Source: Gammaproteobacteria bacterium (GTDB lineage: Bacteria > Pseudomonadota > Gammaproteobacteria > Steroidobacterales > Rariloculaceae). Taken from it: 64,000 nucleotides of DNA. A program made the translations under genes and the position numbers. The notes beneath the pieces are model-generated. The model was not told the origin of the DNA. It saw only the letters and a list, made by a program, of their open reading frames with translations, and did no database searches. The stretch covers positions 67,808 to 131,807 of the forward strand of contig JBJHBP010000004.1 of the NCBI GenBank assembly GCA_050485545.1, written 5' to 3'. Below are positions 54,252 through 62,726 of this stretch, piece by piece. Each line of letters begins with the position of its first letter. Position 1 is the first letter of the stretch.

Positions 54252-54852
54252 TCATGGCTGACGAACAATCGGCTCGAGGAATGCGCGAATCAGCCTTGCA
54301 ACCTCCGGCGCATGCGTCTCCAACGCAAAGTGTCCGGTGTCGAGGAGGTGAACCTGTGCACTCGGCAGATCCCTCTTGTAGGCGTCGGCCCCGGCGGGAA
54401 GGAATGGCGGGTCATGACGGCCCCACACGGCCAGCAGTGGTGGGCTGTACTCGCGAAAGTAAGACTGGAAGTCAGGATACAGCGCGACGTTGTTGCGGTA
54501 ATCGAGAATCAGATCAAGCTGGATTTCCTCCGCACCTGGCCGCGCCATGTACGCGATGTCCAGTTCATAGCCGTCGGGCGACAAGAGGGCCGGATCGGCT
54601 CCTGTTCCATACTGCCAGTTCCGGATCGTGTCCGGCTTGAGCGATGGCCGGCAGGCTTCCCTGTTCGCAGCGCTCGGCTCGTTCCAATAAGCCTCCCATG
54701 GCCCCCATTCGTCGCTGAACCCCTCGACGTAAGCGTTGCCGTTCTGCGAGATGATCGCAGACACTCGCTCGGGATGGCGCATCGCTCGGCCCAGCCTCCC
54801 GGTAGAAGACCTCAACGTCGTCGACTTGTCGAAATCCATAGCGTGTACGCAT
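54252..54852 (-). pseudogene. Alpha/beta hydrolase (epoxide-hydrolase-like) with an internal deletion and frameshift
   Basis: The N-terminal 26 codons (MRTRYGFRQVDDVEVFYREAGPSDAP) are in one frame. The C-terminal part (RHPERVSAIISQNGNAY...DTGHFALETH) is in another frame, with the junction near 54775-54780. About 100 codons that would carry the HG motif and the nucleophile are missing. Confidence 0.6.
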
Positions 54853-54901
54853 CCTCTGATCCTCCTGCCTCTCGAAGCCGGCAATCTATTTGCGCGCCGC
54901 C

Positions 54902-55600
54902 TTACGCCATGTCGAACAGCAGGATTTCGGCACCCGGCCCGCCTCGGATGGAGATCCGCTCCTCGTCGACAATGGCGGCACCGTCGCCGGCGTTCATCGT
55001 CGTACCGTTGACCTCGACCATGCCGCGGACGACCTGAATCCAGATCCTGCGACCGGAGTCCGGAGCGTGCGCCAGCACGTCGCCCGTGGTGAGCAGCGCC
55101 GCGTAAAGATCCACGTCCTGGTGGATGAGAACGGAACTGTCGCGGCCGTCGCGCGAGGCGATCAACCGCAACCGGCCGCGCTTCTCGTCATCCGGAAAGA
55201 CGCGCTCCTCGTAGCTCGGCGGCAATTCGCGGCGCGAGGGAATGATCCAGATCTGCAGGAAATGCATCGGTTCGGACGACGAGTGGTTGAACTCGCTGTG
55301 CCGCACCCCGGTGCCAGCCGACATCCGTTGCACATAGCCGGGCCTGAGCACAGAGCCGTTGCCGAGACTGTCCTTGTGCTCGAGAGCGCCCTCCAGAACA
55401 TAAGAGATGATTTCCATGTCGCGATGGCTGTGCTCACCGAAACCCCGCGACGGCTGCACGCGATCCTCGTTGATCACGCGCAGCGGGCCGAAGCCCATGA
55501 AACGCGGATCGTAGTAGTCGGCGAACGAGAACGTATGGCGGCTGTCGAGCCAGCCGTGATTTTCATGTCCTCGCTGGTCCGCTGGTCTGATTTGGATCAT
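54902..55600 (-). CDS. Pirin family protein (YhhW/quercetinase-like, short form)
   Basis: MIQIRPADQRGHENHGWLDSRHTFSFADYYDP, HSHRDMEIISYVLEGALEHKDS, MSAGTGVRHSEFN. Confidence 0.88.
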   Translation of the reverse strand: MIQIRPADQRGHENHGWLDSRHTFSFADYYDPRFMGFGPLRVINEDRVQPSRGFGEHSHRDMEIISYVLEGALEHKDSLGNGSVLRPGYVQRMSAGTGVRHSEFNHSSSEPMHFLQIWIIPSRRELPPSYEERVFPDDEKRGRLRLIASRDGRDSSVLIHQDVDLYAALLTTGDVLAHAPDSGRRIWIQVVRGMVEVNGTTMNAGDGAAIVDEERISIRGGPGAEILLFDMA

Positions 55601-55624
55601 TGACTGCACCTCATCTGGCTCGTA

Positions 55625-55783
55625 TCAGGCTGCGATCAGCATGTCTGTGGCCATGAACCCGAGCGTCATGGATACGACGAGCAGTGCGCCGATCAGTACG
55701 GGCGGTGCCGGCAGCGGCACGCCGGCAATGCGGCAGGCAGCGCCGATGCCGAACGCGAGCAGAAAGCCGAGCGCGATCTTCAT
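55625..55783 (-). CDS. XapX-domain (DUF1427) small membrane protein
   Basis: 52 aa: MKIALGFLLAFGIGAACRIAGVPLPAPPVLIGALLVVSMTLGF. The VP.PAPP core is the XapX signature. Confidence 0.65.
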   Translation of the reverse strand: MKIALGFLLAFGIGAACRIAGVPLPAPPVLIGALLVVSMTLGFMATDMLIAA

Positions 55784-55826
55784 GACAGGTCTCCCAGGCA
55801 CGGGTGGGCGATCAGACAGGTGAGCG

Positions 55827-57476
55827 TCATACCATCTCCCTGCCACTTGATGCCGCTGGTTGTCGCAGGGTTGCACCGGGGGCGCCGCCCACGTAATGGC
55901 GTACCTGTGGTTCCGGATCGGCCAGCAGCGCCAGGATCTGTGCCTGCAGCGTGCGCTCATCTTCGGTCACGCGCTCGTGCTGCCGCAGGTGCTCCAGCCA
56001 CGAACTGTCGAGGAAGTACTCCAGATAGGTGCCCGGCTCAGTGGTGTCCTCGACCACGCCCCACTGCACTGCGCCGTCGCGACGCCGGCTGCGGCCCAGC
56101 CTGCGCATCAGGCGCAGGAACTCGTCGCGACGATCCAGTACCACCCGGTATTCGATCGTGACCAGTATCGGGCCGCGGTCGCCGGCGATCTCCTCCACCA
56201 GCACCGGCTGCGGCCAGTGTCCGGACGGGGTGACATTCACGTTGGCGGCCTCGCCCAAGTGGAAACGCAGGCCGAACAGTGCTGCCAGCACGGTGCCGGC
56301 AGCGGCAACGATCAGTGCCAGCACGGTGCTGGTCTGCTGCGCCAGCGCACCCCAACCCAAGCTGCCGGCCGCCATGCCAGCGGAGAACACCACGATGTAC
56401 AGCGCCAGCGCTCGCGCCCGCACCCAGGCCGGCACCGAGGTCTGGGCGGCAACCTGCAGCGACGAAAGCACGGCGATCCAGGCGAAGCCGGTGACCAGCG
56501 ACACCAGGTAGAGCGCCGGGACATTGCGCAACAACGCCAGCGCCAGCATGCAGCCGGCATAGACAAGGGTGGCGACCAGCACCAGGCGGTCGGGATCGAT
56601 CCGTGCGCGCAGCTTCGGCAACAGCACCGCGCCGCTGATCGCACCGATGCCGATGCAGCCCAGCAGCAGGCCGTAGGTGCCGGCGCTCGCCTGCAGCTCG
56701 CGGTTGACCACAATCGGCAGCAGCGCGGTCAGCGCACTGGCGAGCAGGAAGAAGCTGGCGGCCTTGATCAGCACGGATTGCAACACCGAGGCATGCGTGG
56801 CGTAGCGCAGGCCGGCGCGCAGCGCGACGCCGAACGGTTCCGGCGGCAACACCGACTTGCCGGGCTCGCGGCGCCAGGCGATCAGCACGATGACCACGCC
56901 GAGAAAGCTCAGCGCATTGATCGCGAACGCCCATTCGATCCCGGCGCGCGCCACGATCAGGCCACCGATCGCCGGGCCGATGGCGCGGGCGATGTTCATA
57001 CTCAGAGAGGACAGCGCCACTGCCGGGCTCAGCATCGTGCGCGGCACCAGTTCCGGAATGGTCGCCTGCTGCGCCGGCATCGCCATCGCCGCGCCGACGC
57101 CGAGCGCGAAGGTCAATGCGATCAGGGTCCATGGTTGCAGCATGTCCAGATGCGCGAGCAGCGCCAACGTGCTGGCGACCATCAGCATCCACAGTTGCGT
57201 CAGGATCAGATACCTGCGGCGGTCGACGATGTCGGCCAGCGTGCCGGCCAGCACCGCCAGCAGTACCACCGGGAGCGTGGTTGCCGCCTGCACCGCCGCG
57301 ACCATGAACGGCGAGCCGGTGCTCTCGGCCATCATCCAGGCTGCGCTGACGTCGTGAATCCAGGTGCCGATGTTGCTGACCAGGACCGCCAGCCACATTT
57401 TTCGGAACGTGGACTGGGTCAACGGTGACCAGGCGCCGGGAGCGGCTGTATTCGGCGACGGTGATGGTTGGCTCAT
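55827..57476 (-). CDS. MFS transporter (MFS_3/EntS-like 'transmembrane secretion effector' type) with a cytoplasmic C-terminal domain
   Basis: 12 predicted TM segments after FRKMWLAVLVSNIGTWIHDVSAAWMM, then a soluble tail of about 130 aa (ILVTIEYRVVLDRRDEFLRLM...YLEYFLDSSWLEHLRQHER). Confidence 0.8.
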   Translation of the reverse strand: MSQPSPSPNTAAPGAWSPLTQSTFRKMWLAVLVSNIGTWIHDVSAAWMMAESTGSPFMVAAVQAATTLPVVLLAVLAGTLADIVDRRRYLILTQLWMLMVASTLALLAHLDMLQPWTLIALTFALGVGAAMAMPAQQATIPELVPRTMLSPAVALSSLSMNIARAIGPAIGGLIVARAGIEWAFAINALSFLGVVIVLIAWRREPGKSVLPPEPFGVALRAGLRYATHASVLQSVLIKAASFFLLASALTALLPIVVNRELQASAGTYGLLLGCIGIGAISGAVLLPKLRARIDPDRLVLVATLVYAGCMLALALLRNVPALYLVSLVTGFAWIAVLSSLQVAAQTSVPAWVRARALALYIVVFSAGMAAGSLGWGALAQQTSTVLALIVAAAGTVLAALFGLRFHLGEAANVNVTPSGHWPQPVLVEEIAGDRGPILVTIEYRVVLDRRDEFLRLMRRLGRSRRRDGAVQWGVVEDTTEPGTYLEYFLDSSWLEHLRQHERVTEDERTLQAQILALLADPEPQVRHYVGGAPGATLRQPAASSGREMV

Positions 57477-57494
57477 CGTTCCGCTACCCGATTC

Positions 57495-59339
57495 TCAGAA
57501 CGCGAAGCACGAACACCCCAACGCACCCCAGAATCCCCGGTCGTCACCGACCGGCGCGGCATGGCGTGCGGCATGGCCGTGGCCGTGCACGTTGCAGTCG
57601 GCGCCGTGCGCGTGTCCGCGCGCGGCGGTGAACGCGGCCGAAGCCTGCGTCAGCGTCGCGCCCTGATAGCCGCCGACGTGCCGCGCCGGCGACCAGTCGG
57701 GCATCGGCGCGGGCAGCGCCGGCGCCAATGCGGCGTACGCGCCGTCGCCATGCACGACCTTGCCGCCGACCACGGTCAGTACGCTGGTGATGTCCCTGAT
57801 CGCCTCTTCCTCGACCGCGAAGTAGTCGGCCGACAGCAGGCTGAAATCCGCGAACTGACCGACCGCGAGGACACCCTTGCGATCCTGTTCACTGGAGAAC
57901 CAGGCGCTGCCCCGGGTCCACAGCCGCAGCGCCTGCTCGCGTTCCAGTCGGTTGTGGTCGCCGTGCAGCTGCAAGCCGCCGATGGTGCGTCCGGTACTGA
58001 GCCAGTACAGCGCCACCCATGGGTTGTAGCTGGCCACGCGGGTGGCGTCGGTGCCGGCGCCGACCGGAATACCGGCGTCCAGCATGCGCCGGATCGGCGG
58101 CGTATGGCTGCCTGCCTCAGTGCCGTACCGTTCGACGAAAGCCTCACCCTGAAAGGCCATGCGATGCTGCACGGCCACGCCGCCGCCCAGCGCGCGTACC
58201 CGCTCGATACTGCGTTCGGAGATGGTCTCGGCGTGGTCGATGATCCAGTGCAGTCCATCGAACGGAATCTCGCGGTTCACCTTCTCGTACACATCGAGGA
58301 TGCGGGTGATGCTTTCGTCGTAGGTCGCGTGGATCCGAAACGGCCAGCGGTGCTCCACCAGCAGCCGCACCACCTGGTCCAGATCCGGTTCCAGCTCAGG
58401 TGGCAGCTCAGGAAGCGGCTCGCTGAACAGTTCGAAGTCGGCGGCGGAGAACACCAGCATTTCGCCGGCGCCGTTGTGGCGCAGCATGTCGTCGCCTTCG
58501 CGCGGGCAGAGCATCTTCGTCCAGCGGTCGAAGTCGGCCAGCTCACCGTATTTGTTCTGGGTGAACAGGTTGTAGGCGATGCGGACCGTGAGCTCGCCGT
58601 CGGCGTGCAGCTTGCGGATGATCTCGTAGTCGTCCGGGTAGTTCTGGAAGCCGCCGCCGGTGTCGATCACCGACGTGATGCCGAGACGGTTGAGCTCGCG
58701 CATGAAATGGCGCGTGGAGTTGACCTGGTATTCGGGCGGCAGTTTTGGTCCGGCAGCCAGCGCGGCGTACAGGATCAACGCATTCGGCTTGGCCAGCAGC
58801 AGGCCGGTCGGATTGCCGTTGCCGTCGCGCTGGATCTCGCCGCCCGGCGGATTCGGGGTGTTCCTGTCGTACCCGACTGCGCGCAGCGCAGCGCGGTTGA
58901 GGAGTGCACGGTCGTACAGGTGCATGATGAACACCGGCGTGTCCGGCGCGATCGCGTTGATCTCGTCCAGCGTCGGCAGCCGCTTCTCGGCGAACTGGTG
59001 CTCGGTGAAGCCGCCGACCACCCGCGCCCACTGCGGCGCCGGCGTGCGCGCAACCTGCGCCTTGAGCATCGCCATCGCGTCGGCCAGCGTGCGCACGCCG
59101 TCCCAGCGCAGCTCCAGGTTGTAGCTCAGGCCGCCGCGGATCAGATGAATGTGGCTGTCGTTGAGGCCGGGGATCAGGCGGCGACCGCCGGCATCGATGA
59201 TGCGGGTATGGCTGCCGGCCTTCTCCATCACCGTGGCTTCGTCACCCACCGCAACAATGACGCCGTCGGCGACCGCAACGGCGGTCGCCGACGGTTGTTT
59301 CGGATCGAGCGTCGTCACCCGGGCGTTGTGCAGGATCAT
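57495..59339 (-). CDS. Amidohydro_3 family amidohydrolase with a Cys/His-rich C-terminal tail
   Basis: The ATG at 59339 gives MILHNARVTTLDP...LIPGLNDSHIHLIRGG, the usual Amidohydro_3 start. This start also removes the overlap with the upstream gene. The tail is ...HAHGADCNVHGHGHAARH...FWGALGCSCFAF. Confidence 0.8.
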   Translation of the reverse strand: MILHNARVTTLDPKQPSATAVAVADGVIVAVGDEATVMEKAGSHTRIIDAGGRRLIPGLNDSHIHLIRGGLSYNLELRWDGVRTLADAMAMLKAQVARTPAPQWARVVGGFTEHQFAEKRLPTLDEINAIAPDTPVFIMHLYDRALLNRAALRAVGYDRNTPNPPGGEIQRDGNGNPTGLLLAKPNALILYAALAAGPKLPPEYQVNSTRHFMRELNRLGITSVIDTGGGFQNYPDDYEIIRKLHADGELTVRIAYNLFTQNKYGELADFDRWTKMLCPREGDDMLRHNGAGEMLVFSAADFELFSEPLPELPPELEPDLDQVVRLLVEHRWPFRIHATYDESITRILDVYEKVNREIPFDGLHWIIDHAETISERSIERVRALGGGVAVQHRMAFQGEAFVERYGTEAGSHTPPIRRMLDAGIPVGAGTDATRVASYNPWVALYWLSTGRTIGGLQLHGDHNRLEREQALRLWTRGSAWFSSEQDRKGVLAVGQFADFSLLSADYFAVEEEAIRDITSVLTVVGGKVVHGDGAYAALAPALPAPMPDWSPARHVGGYQGATLTQASAAFTAARGHAHGADCNVHGHGHAARHAAPVGDDRGFWGALGCSCFAF

Positions 59340-59379
59340 GTTGCCGGCCCGGTGCTGCTCTGTGCGCGGGACGGATCGC

Positions 59380-60093
59380 TCAGGCACGCCCGACGTGCTC
59401 CGGAGGCTGCGCGGCAACGTATTCCGGAAACAGGGTGGGCGGCGCGCCGTGCACCATCGTGTAGGCGTATTCAACGCCAACTCCGTAGGCTCCGCAGTGG
59501 TTCTTGACGATGTCCATGACCGCGTCGTAGGTGCCGCGATGAGCCCAGTCGCGCTGCCATTCGAGCATGACGGAAAGCGCGGTGACCGGTTTCGCACCAG
59601 CCTGCACAACGCGCTTCATCGCGTTATCGTGCGACAGCGCGCTCACGTCGCCGCAGCAATCCTCCACCACGTAGACCTCGTAGCCGTCGTGGATGGCCTG
59701 AACCGTCGGCAGCGCGACACAGGTTTCGGTCCACAGACCCGCCAGGACAATTTTCCTGCGACCGGTCTTCCTGACCGCCGCGACGAAGGCCTCGTCGTCC
59801 CAAGAATTCATCGTCGAGCGCTCGATTGGCGCCTGCTGTGGAAAAATGGCCTGAATCTGTGGCCACATCCGACCGCTGAACGCCTTCGTCTCGACGGTCG
59901 AGAGAACAGCCGGCACACCGAACGCCTGCGCGGCCTTGCACAGCAGTTCGTTGTTGTTGATGACGAGCTGCCGGTCGAAGTTCGCGACGCCGAACAGCAT
60001 CTGCGGCTGCAGATCGATGATCGCAACGACGCAGTTGTCGGGCGTCAGCAAGCCCTTCTCGCTGAGCTTGGGGCGGTCATGACCTTGTGACAT
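59380..60093 (-). CDS. Isochorismatase-family (YcaC-like) hydrolase, paralogue 2
   Basis: VVAIIDLQ, FGVPAVLST, IVLAGLWTETCVALP, VVEDCCGD. Confidence 0.85.
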   Translation of the reverse strand: MSQGHDRPKLSEKGLLTPDNCVVAIIDLQPQMLFGVANFDRQLVINNNELLCKAAQAFGVPAVLSTVETKAFSGRMWPQIQAIFPQQAPIERSTMNSWDDEAFVAAVRKTGRRKIVLAGLWTETCVALPTVQAIHDGYEVYVVEDCCGDVSALSHDNAMKRVVQAGAKPVTALSVMLEWQRDWAHRGTYDAVMDIVKNHCGAYGVGVEYAYTMVHGAPPTLFPEYVAAQPPEHVGRA

Positions 60094-60128
60094 GGGTGTT
60101 CCTTCTGATCAGGTTTCGATGAGATCAG

Positions 60129-60341
60129 ACACTAGCGCCGCTGTCGGACAGCGTTCTTGGATCTACGTGCTGCGGTTGTGCTGCGCGTGCCATCGGTGGC
60201 GGGTAGGCATCGAGCACCCGGCATCGAGCATCGAAACCCCGGCCGATGGTTTCGGACGGGAAGACGTTCCCGACGATGTTTTTGTACAAATCACCGTACA
60301 GAGCAGCAATCGCTCCGCGCCAGGGTGGTCGACACTGGACG
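60129..60341. repeat. Intergenic repeat copy D (homologous to 53433-53611)
   Basis: Same ordered blocks as copy C. It also has an internal tandem GGCATCGAGCA duplication, a 15-bp perfect palindrome CGCTGTCgGACAGCG (60139-60153) and the palindrome TTTGTACAAA (60281-60290). Confidence 0.75.
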
Positions 60342-60401
60342 CCAGGGAGAACGACGTGCTCTCCCCCTTTCCCACCCGGAAACCGTGAGGAGCCAAATCA
60401 C

Positions 60402-61085
60402 ATGACTACCAGGAACAATCTCGACACTTTTCGTAACGGACTGTCTTCGCTTCTTCGTCCCGAAGACTCGGTCCTCATTCTGATTGACCACCAGCCTTAC
60501 CAACTCGCGAACCTGAACAGCCATGAACCGCAGATGGTCATCAACAATACGGCGGGTCTGGCGAAGGCCGCCAAAGCCTTCGGTGTCCCCACCATCCTGA
60601 CGACCGTTGTGGCTGACCGCGGCGGTCTGCTCTTTCCCCAGATCACCGATGTGTTTCCGGGCCAGGAAGTGATCGACCGGACGTTCATCAACACCTGGGA
60701 AGACCCGAAGGTGGTGGATGCGGTCAAGGCGACGGGCCGCAAGCAGCTGATCATAGCGGGCCTGTGGACCGAAGTGTGCGTCGCGATGCCAGCGATTCAG
60801 GCGCTCGGCGAAGGCTGGGACGTGACGGTGGTGACCGATGCCTCCGGCGGTACTTCGGTCGAGGCGCACGCAGTTGCCATCCAGCGCATGATCGGGGCCG
60901 GTGCAAACATGATGACCTGGCTGGCGGTGGCGGCCGAATGGCAGCGCGACTGGGCGCGCATGGAATCTGCCGTGCCGCTCACCGAGGTGTTTACGCAGCA
61001 TGCCGGCGGCAGCGGCATCGCGTACCTCTGGGAACAGCAGTTGCTCAACACGCCCGTGCCAGACCAGCCGAGCGTTGCGGCCTGA
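60402..61085 (+). CDS. Isochorismatase-family (YcaC-like) hydrolase, paralogue 3
   Basis: VLILIDHQ, FGVPTILTT, LIIAGLWTEVCVAMP, VVTDASGG. The ATG at 60402 is preceded by GAGGAG. Confidence 0.85.
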   Translation: MTTRNNLDTFRNGLSSLLRPEDSVLILIDHQPYQLANLNSHEPQMVINNTAGLAKAAKAFGVPTILTTVVADRGGLLFPQITDVFPGQEVIDRTFINTWEDPKVVDAVKATGRKQLIIAGLWTEVCVAMPAIQALGEGWDVTVVTDASGGTSVEAHAVAIQRMIGAGANMMTWLAVAAEWQRDWARMESAVPLTEVFTQHAGGSGIAYLWEQQLLNTPVPDQPSVAA

Positions 61086-61093
61086 TTCGAGAG

Positions 61094-61155
61094 GGGTGAT
61101 GAGGCTCGCGCGATGCATCGACATGAAGACACTCGCCCGCGCGACTTCATCACCC
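61094..61155 (+). other. Long imperfect hairpin between the isochorismatase and porin genes
   Basis: GGGTGATGAGG(C)TCGCGCG pairs with CGCGCGACTTCATCACCC (about 18 bp, one bulge, one G-U) around a 25-nt loop. No T-run follows. Confidence 0.5.
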
Positions 61156-61229
61156 TCCTTCGATCAACCACCGGGGGCGCGCCAGTTCGGTCGGATCGCG
61201 GTTGGCCACGCGGCCAGCGCTCAGCATCC

Positions 61230-62627
61230 GTGCGCAAGTGGAGCCTTGCTTGCGTCGTGGCCGCTGCTTCCATGCCCGTCGCGCATGCACAGGTCACGAC
61301 AGATGTTCAAAGAGCCCCGACCTTGACCGTCGAACGCCATCAGGAGGATTGGTCCCATCTGGCCGACCCCGCTGGCGGGACGGGCCGCTGGACCGAACGG
61401 CTCAAGTACGTCCCTTTGAACGAGAACGGGTCGACCTACCTGACAACCGGCGTCGAAGCCCGGTCGCGTTACGAGCGCTATGAGAACCTCAACTGGGGCT
61501 CGGCACCGGACGACGACTATGTCTGGCACCGACTGATGCCGTACGTCGACCTTCATGCCGGGTCGGTGCGTCTGTTCGCACAACCGATCTTTTCAGCGAT
61601 CTCCGGCACGGATCGCGTCAGGTCGCCGGTCGACACGACCGGCGCCGACGTGCTGCAGGCGTTCGTCGATGTCGATATGCAGGTCTCTGAGCGAACATCG
61701 TTGGTCATATCCGCCGGGCGCAAACTGGTGTCTCTGGGCGCGGGACGCCTGATCGACACGCGCTACGGCCCGAACATTCCTCAGGCCTTCGAAGGGATCG
61801 ATGTCACGGTGGCCGGCGATACAGGGCAGCTGAAGGCGCTGTATCTTCGGCCGGTCGATACGATGCCCGGCGATCTGGACGATCGCGCCTCGCGCCAGAA
61901 GGCGCTCTGGGGCCTGTATGCAACGCGGTGGCCGAAGACGGCGGCGGCCATCGGGATCGACCTCTACTATCTCGGCTTGCGGGACCGACGCGCCGTCTTC
62001 GACCAGGGCTCCGAGCAACAGGTGGTGCACACACTCGGAAGCCGGGTCTTTGGCGACACGGGCGCCTGGCACTGGAACGTCGAGGCAGCGCTTCAGCGCG
62101 GCACATTCGCGGACACACGGGTGAAGGCCTGGGCGGTCGGCGGCAAGGTCGGCCGCCGCTTCCCTGATAGACGCTTGCAACCCGAGCTCACCGCCACGCT
62201 CGACGTCATTTCCGGAGACGGCGACCCGGACGACGCCCGTCTGGGAACATTCAATCCGCTGTTCCCCAGGGGCAGTTATTTCGCCGCACAGTCTCCGGTC
62301 GGGCCGCGCAACCTGATCCATCTCCAGCCCTCCGTCACGATCCGCCCGAATCGTGACGTCGCACTGTCGCTGACAGGCGTCGCCTATTGGCGTCAAAGCA
62401 CGGGCGACGGGATCTACGCCATACCGGGCATCCTCGTGCGGAGCGGAAGGGGCAGCGACGCGCGCTTCATCGGCAGACAGATGGAGGTCGCGGTGGCATG
62501 GCAGGCCACCCCCGAACTCAACCTCGCCGCGTCGGTCAGTGTTTTCGATCCTGGCCGATTCATCCGGGACACCGGACCGGCGCGAACCATGCGAGTGGCC
62601 GGCGCCATGGCCAACTTCCGATTCTGA
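61230..62627 (+). CDS. Alginate-export (AlgE-like) family outer-membrane beta-barrel porin
   Basis: Signal peptide from the GTG at 61230 (VRKWSLACVVAAASMPVAHA). Family-like blocks (RYERYENLNWG, GRKLVSLGAGRLID.RYGPNIPQAFEG) and a C-terminal ...MANFRF. The tracked ATG at 61113 lies inside the hairpin. Confidence 0.65.
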   Translation: MRKWSLACVVAAASMPVAHAQVTTDVQRAPTLTVERHQEDWSHLADPAGGTGRWTERLKYVPLNENGSTYLTTGVEARSRYERYENLNWGSAPDDDYVWHRLMPYVDLHAGSVRLFAQPIFSAISGTDRVRSPVDTTGADVLQAFVDVDMQVSERTSLVISAGRKLVSLGAGRLIDTRYGPNIPQAFEGIDVTVAGDTGQLKALYLRPVDTMPGDLDDRASRQKALWGLYATRWPKTAAAIGIDLYYLGLRDRRAVFDQGSEQQVVHTLGSRVFGDTGAWHWNVEAALQRGTFADTRVKAWAVGGKVGRRFPDRRLQPELTATLDVISGDGDPDDARLGTFNPLFPRGSYFAAQSPVGPRNLIHLQPSVTIRPNRDVALSLTGVAYWRQSTGDGIYAIPGILVRSGRGSDARFIGRQMEVAVAWQATPELNLAASVSVFDPGRFIRDTGPARTMRVAGAMANFRF

Positions 62628-62726
62628 AGATTCAAGTCCCGGTGGCTTGCAGCGGCCCGTCCGCCGACAACGGCGATGCCAGCGGCGACGCGAAAGCTTT
62701 CACCATTCAGGTAGAGGAGCATGACA

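Noticed and set aside
57468-59507. Very long ORFs antisense to recognised genes. Examples: 57468-59507 (+, 679 aa), 55860-57428 (+, 522 aa), 44958-46502 (+, 514 aa), 48571-49827 (-, 418 aa), 32771-33829 (-), 35237-36211 (+), 25043-26077 (+), 26739-27782 (-), 18157-19128 (-).
   Set aside because: Their translations are Arg/Ala/Gly/Pro/His-rich low-complexity strings with no family motifs. In every case the opposite strand encodes a clearly recognisable protein. Stop-poor antisense frames are expected in high-GC DNA.
61113-61229. The ATG at 61113 as the start of the porin gene (504-aa form).
   Set aside because: The extra 39 residues are charged and not signal-like, and this ATG lies in the loop of the strong hairpin. 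The GTG at 61230 yields a canonical signal peptide (RKWSLACVVAAASMPVAHA).
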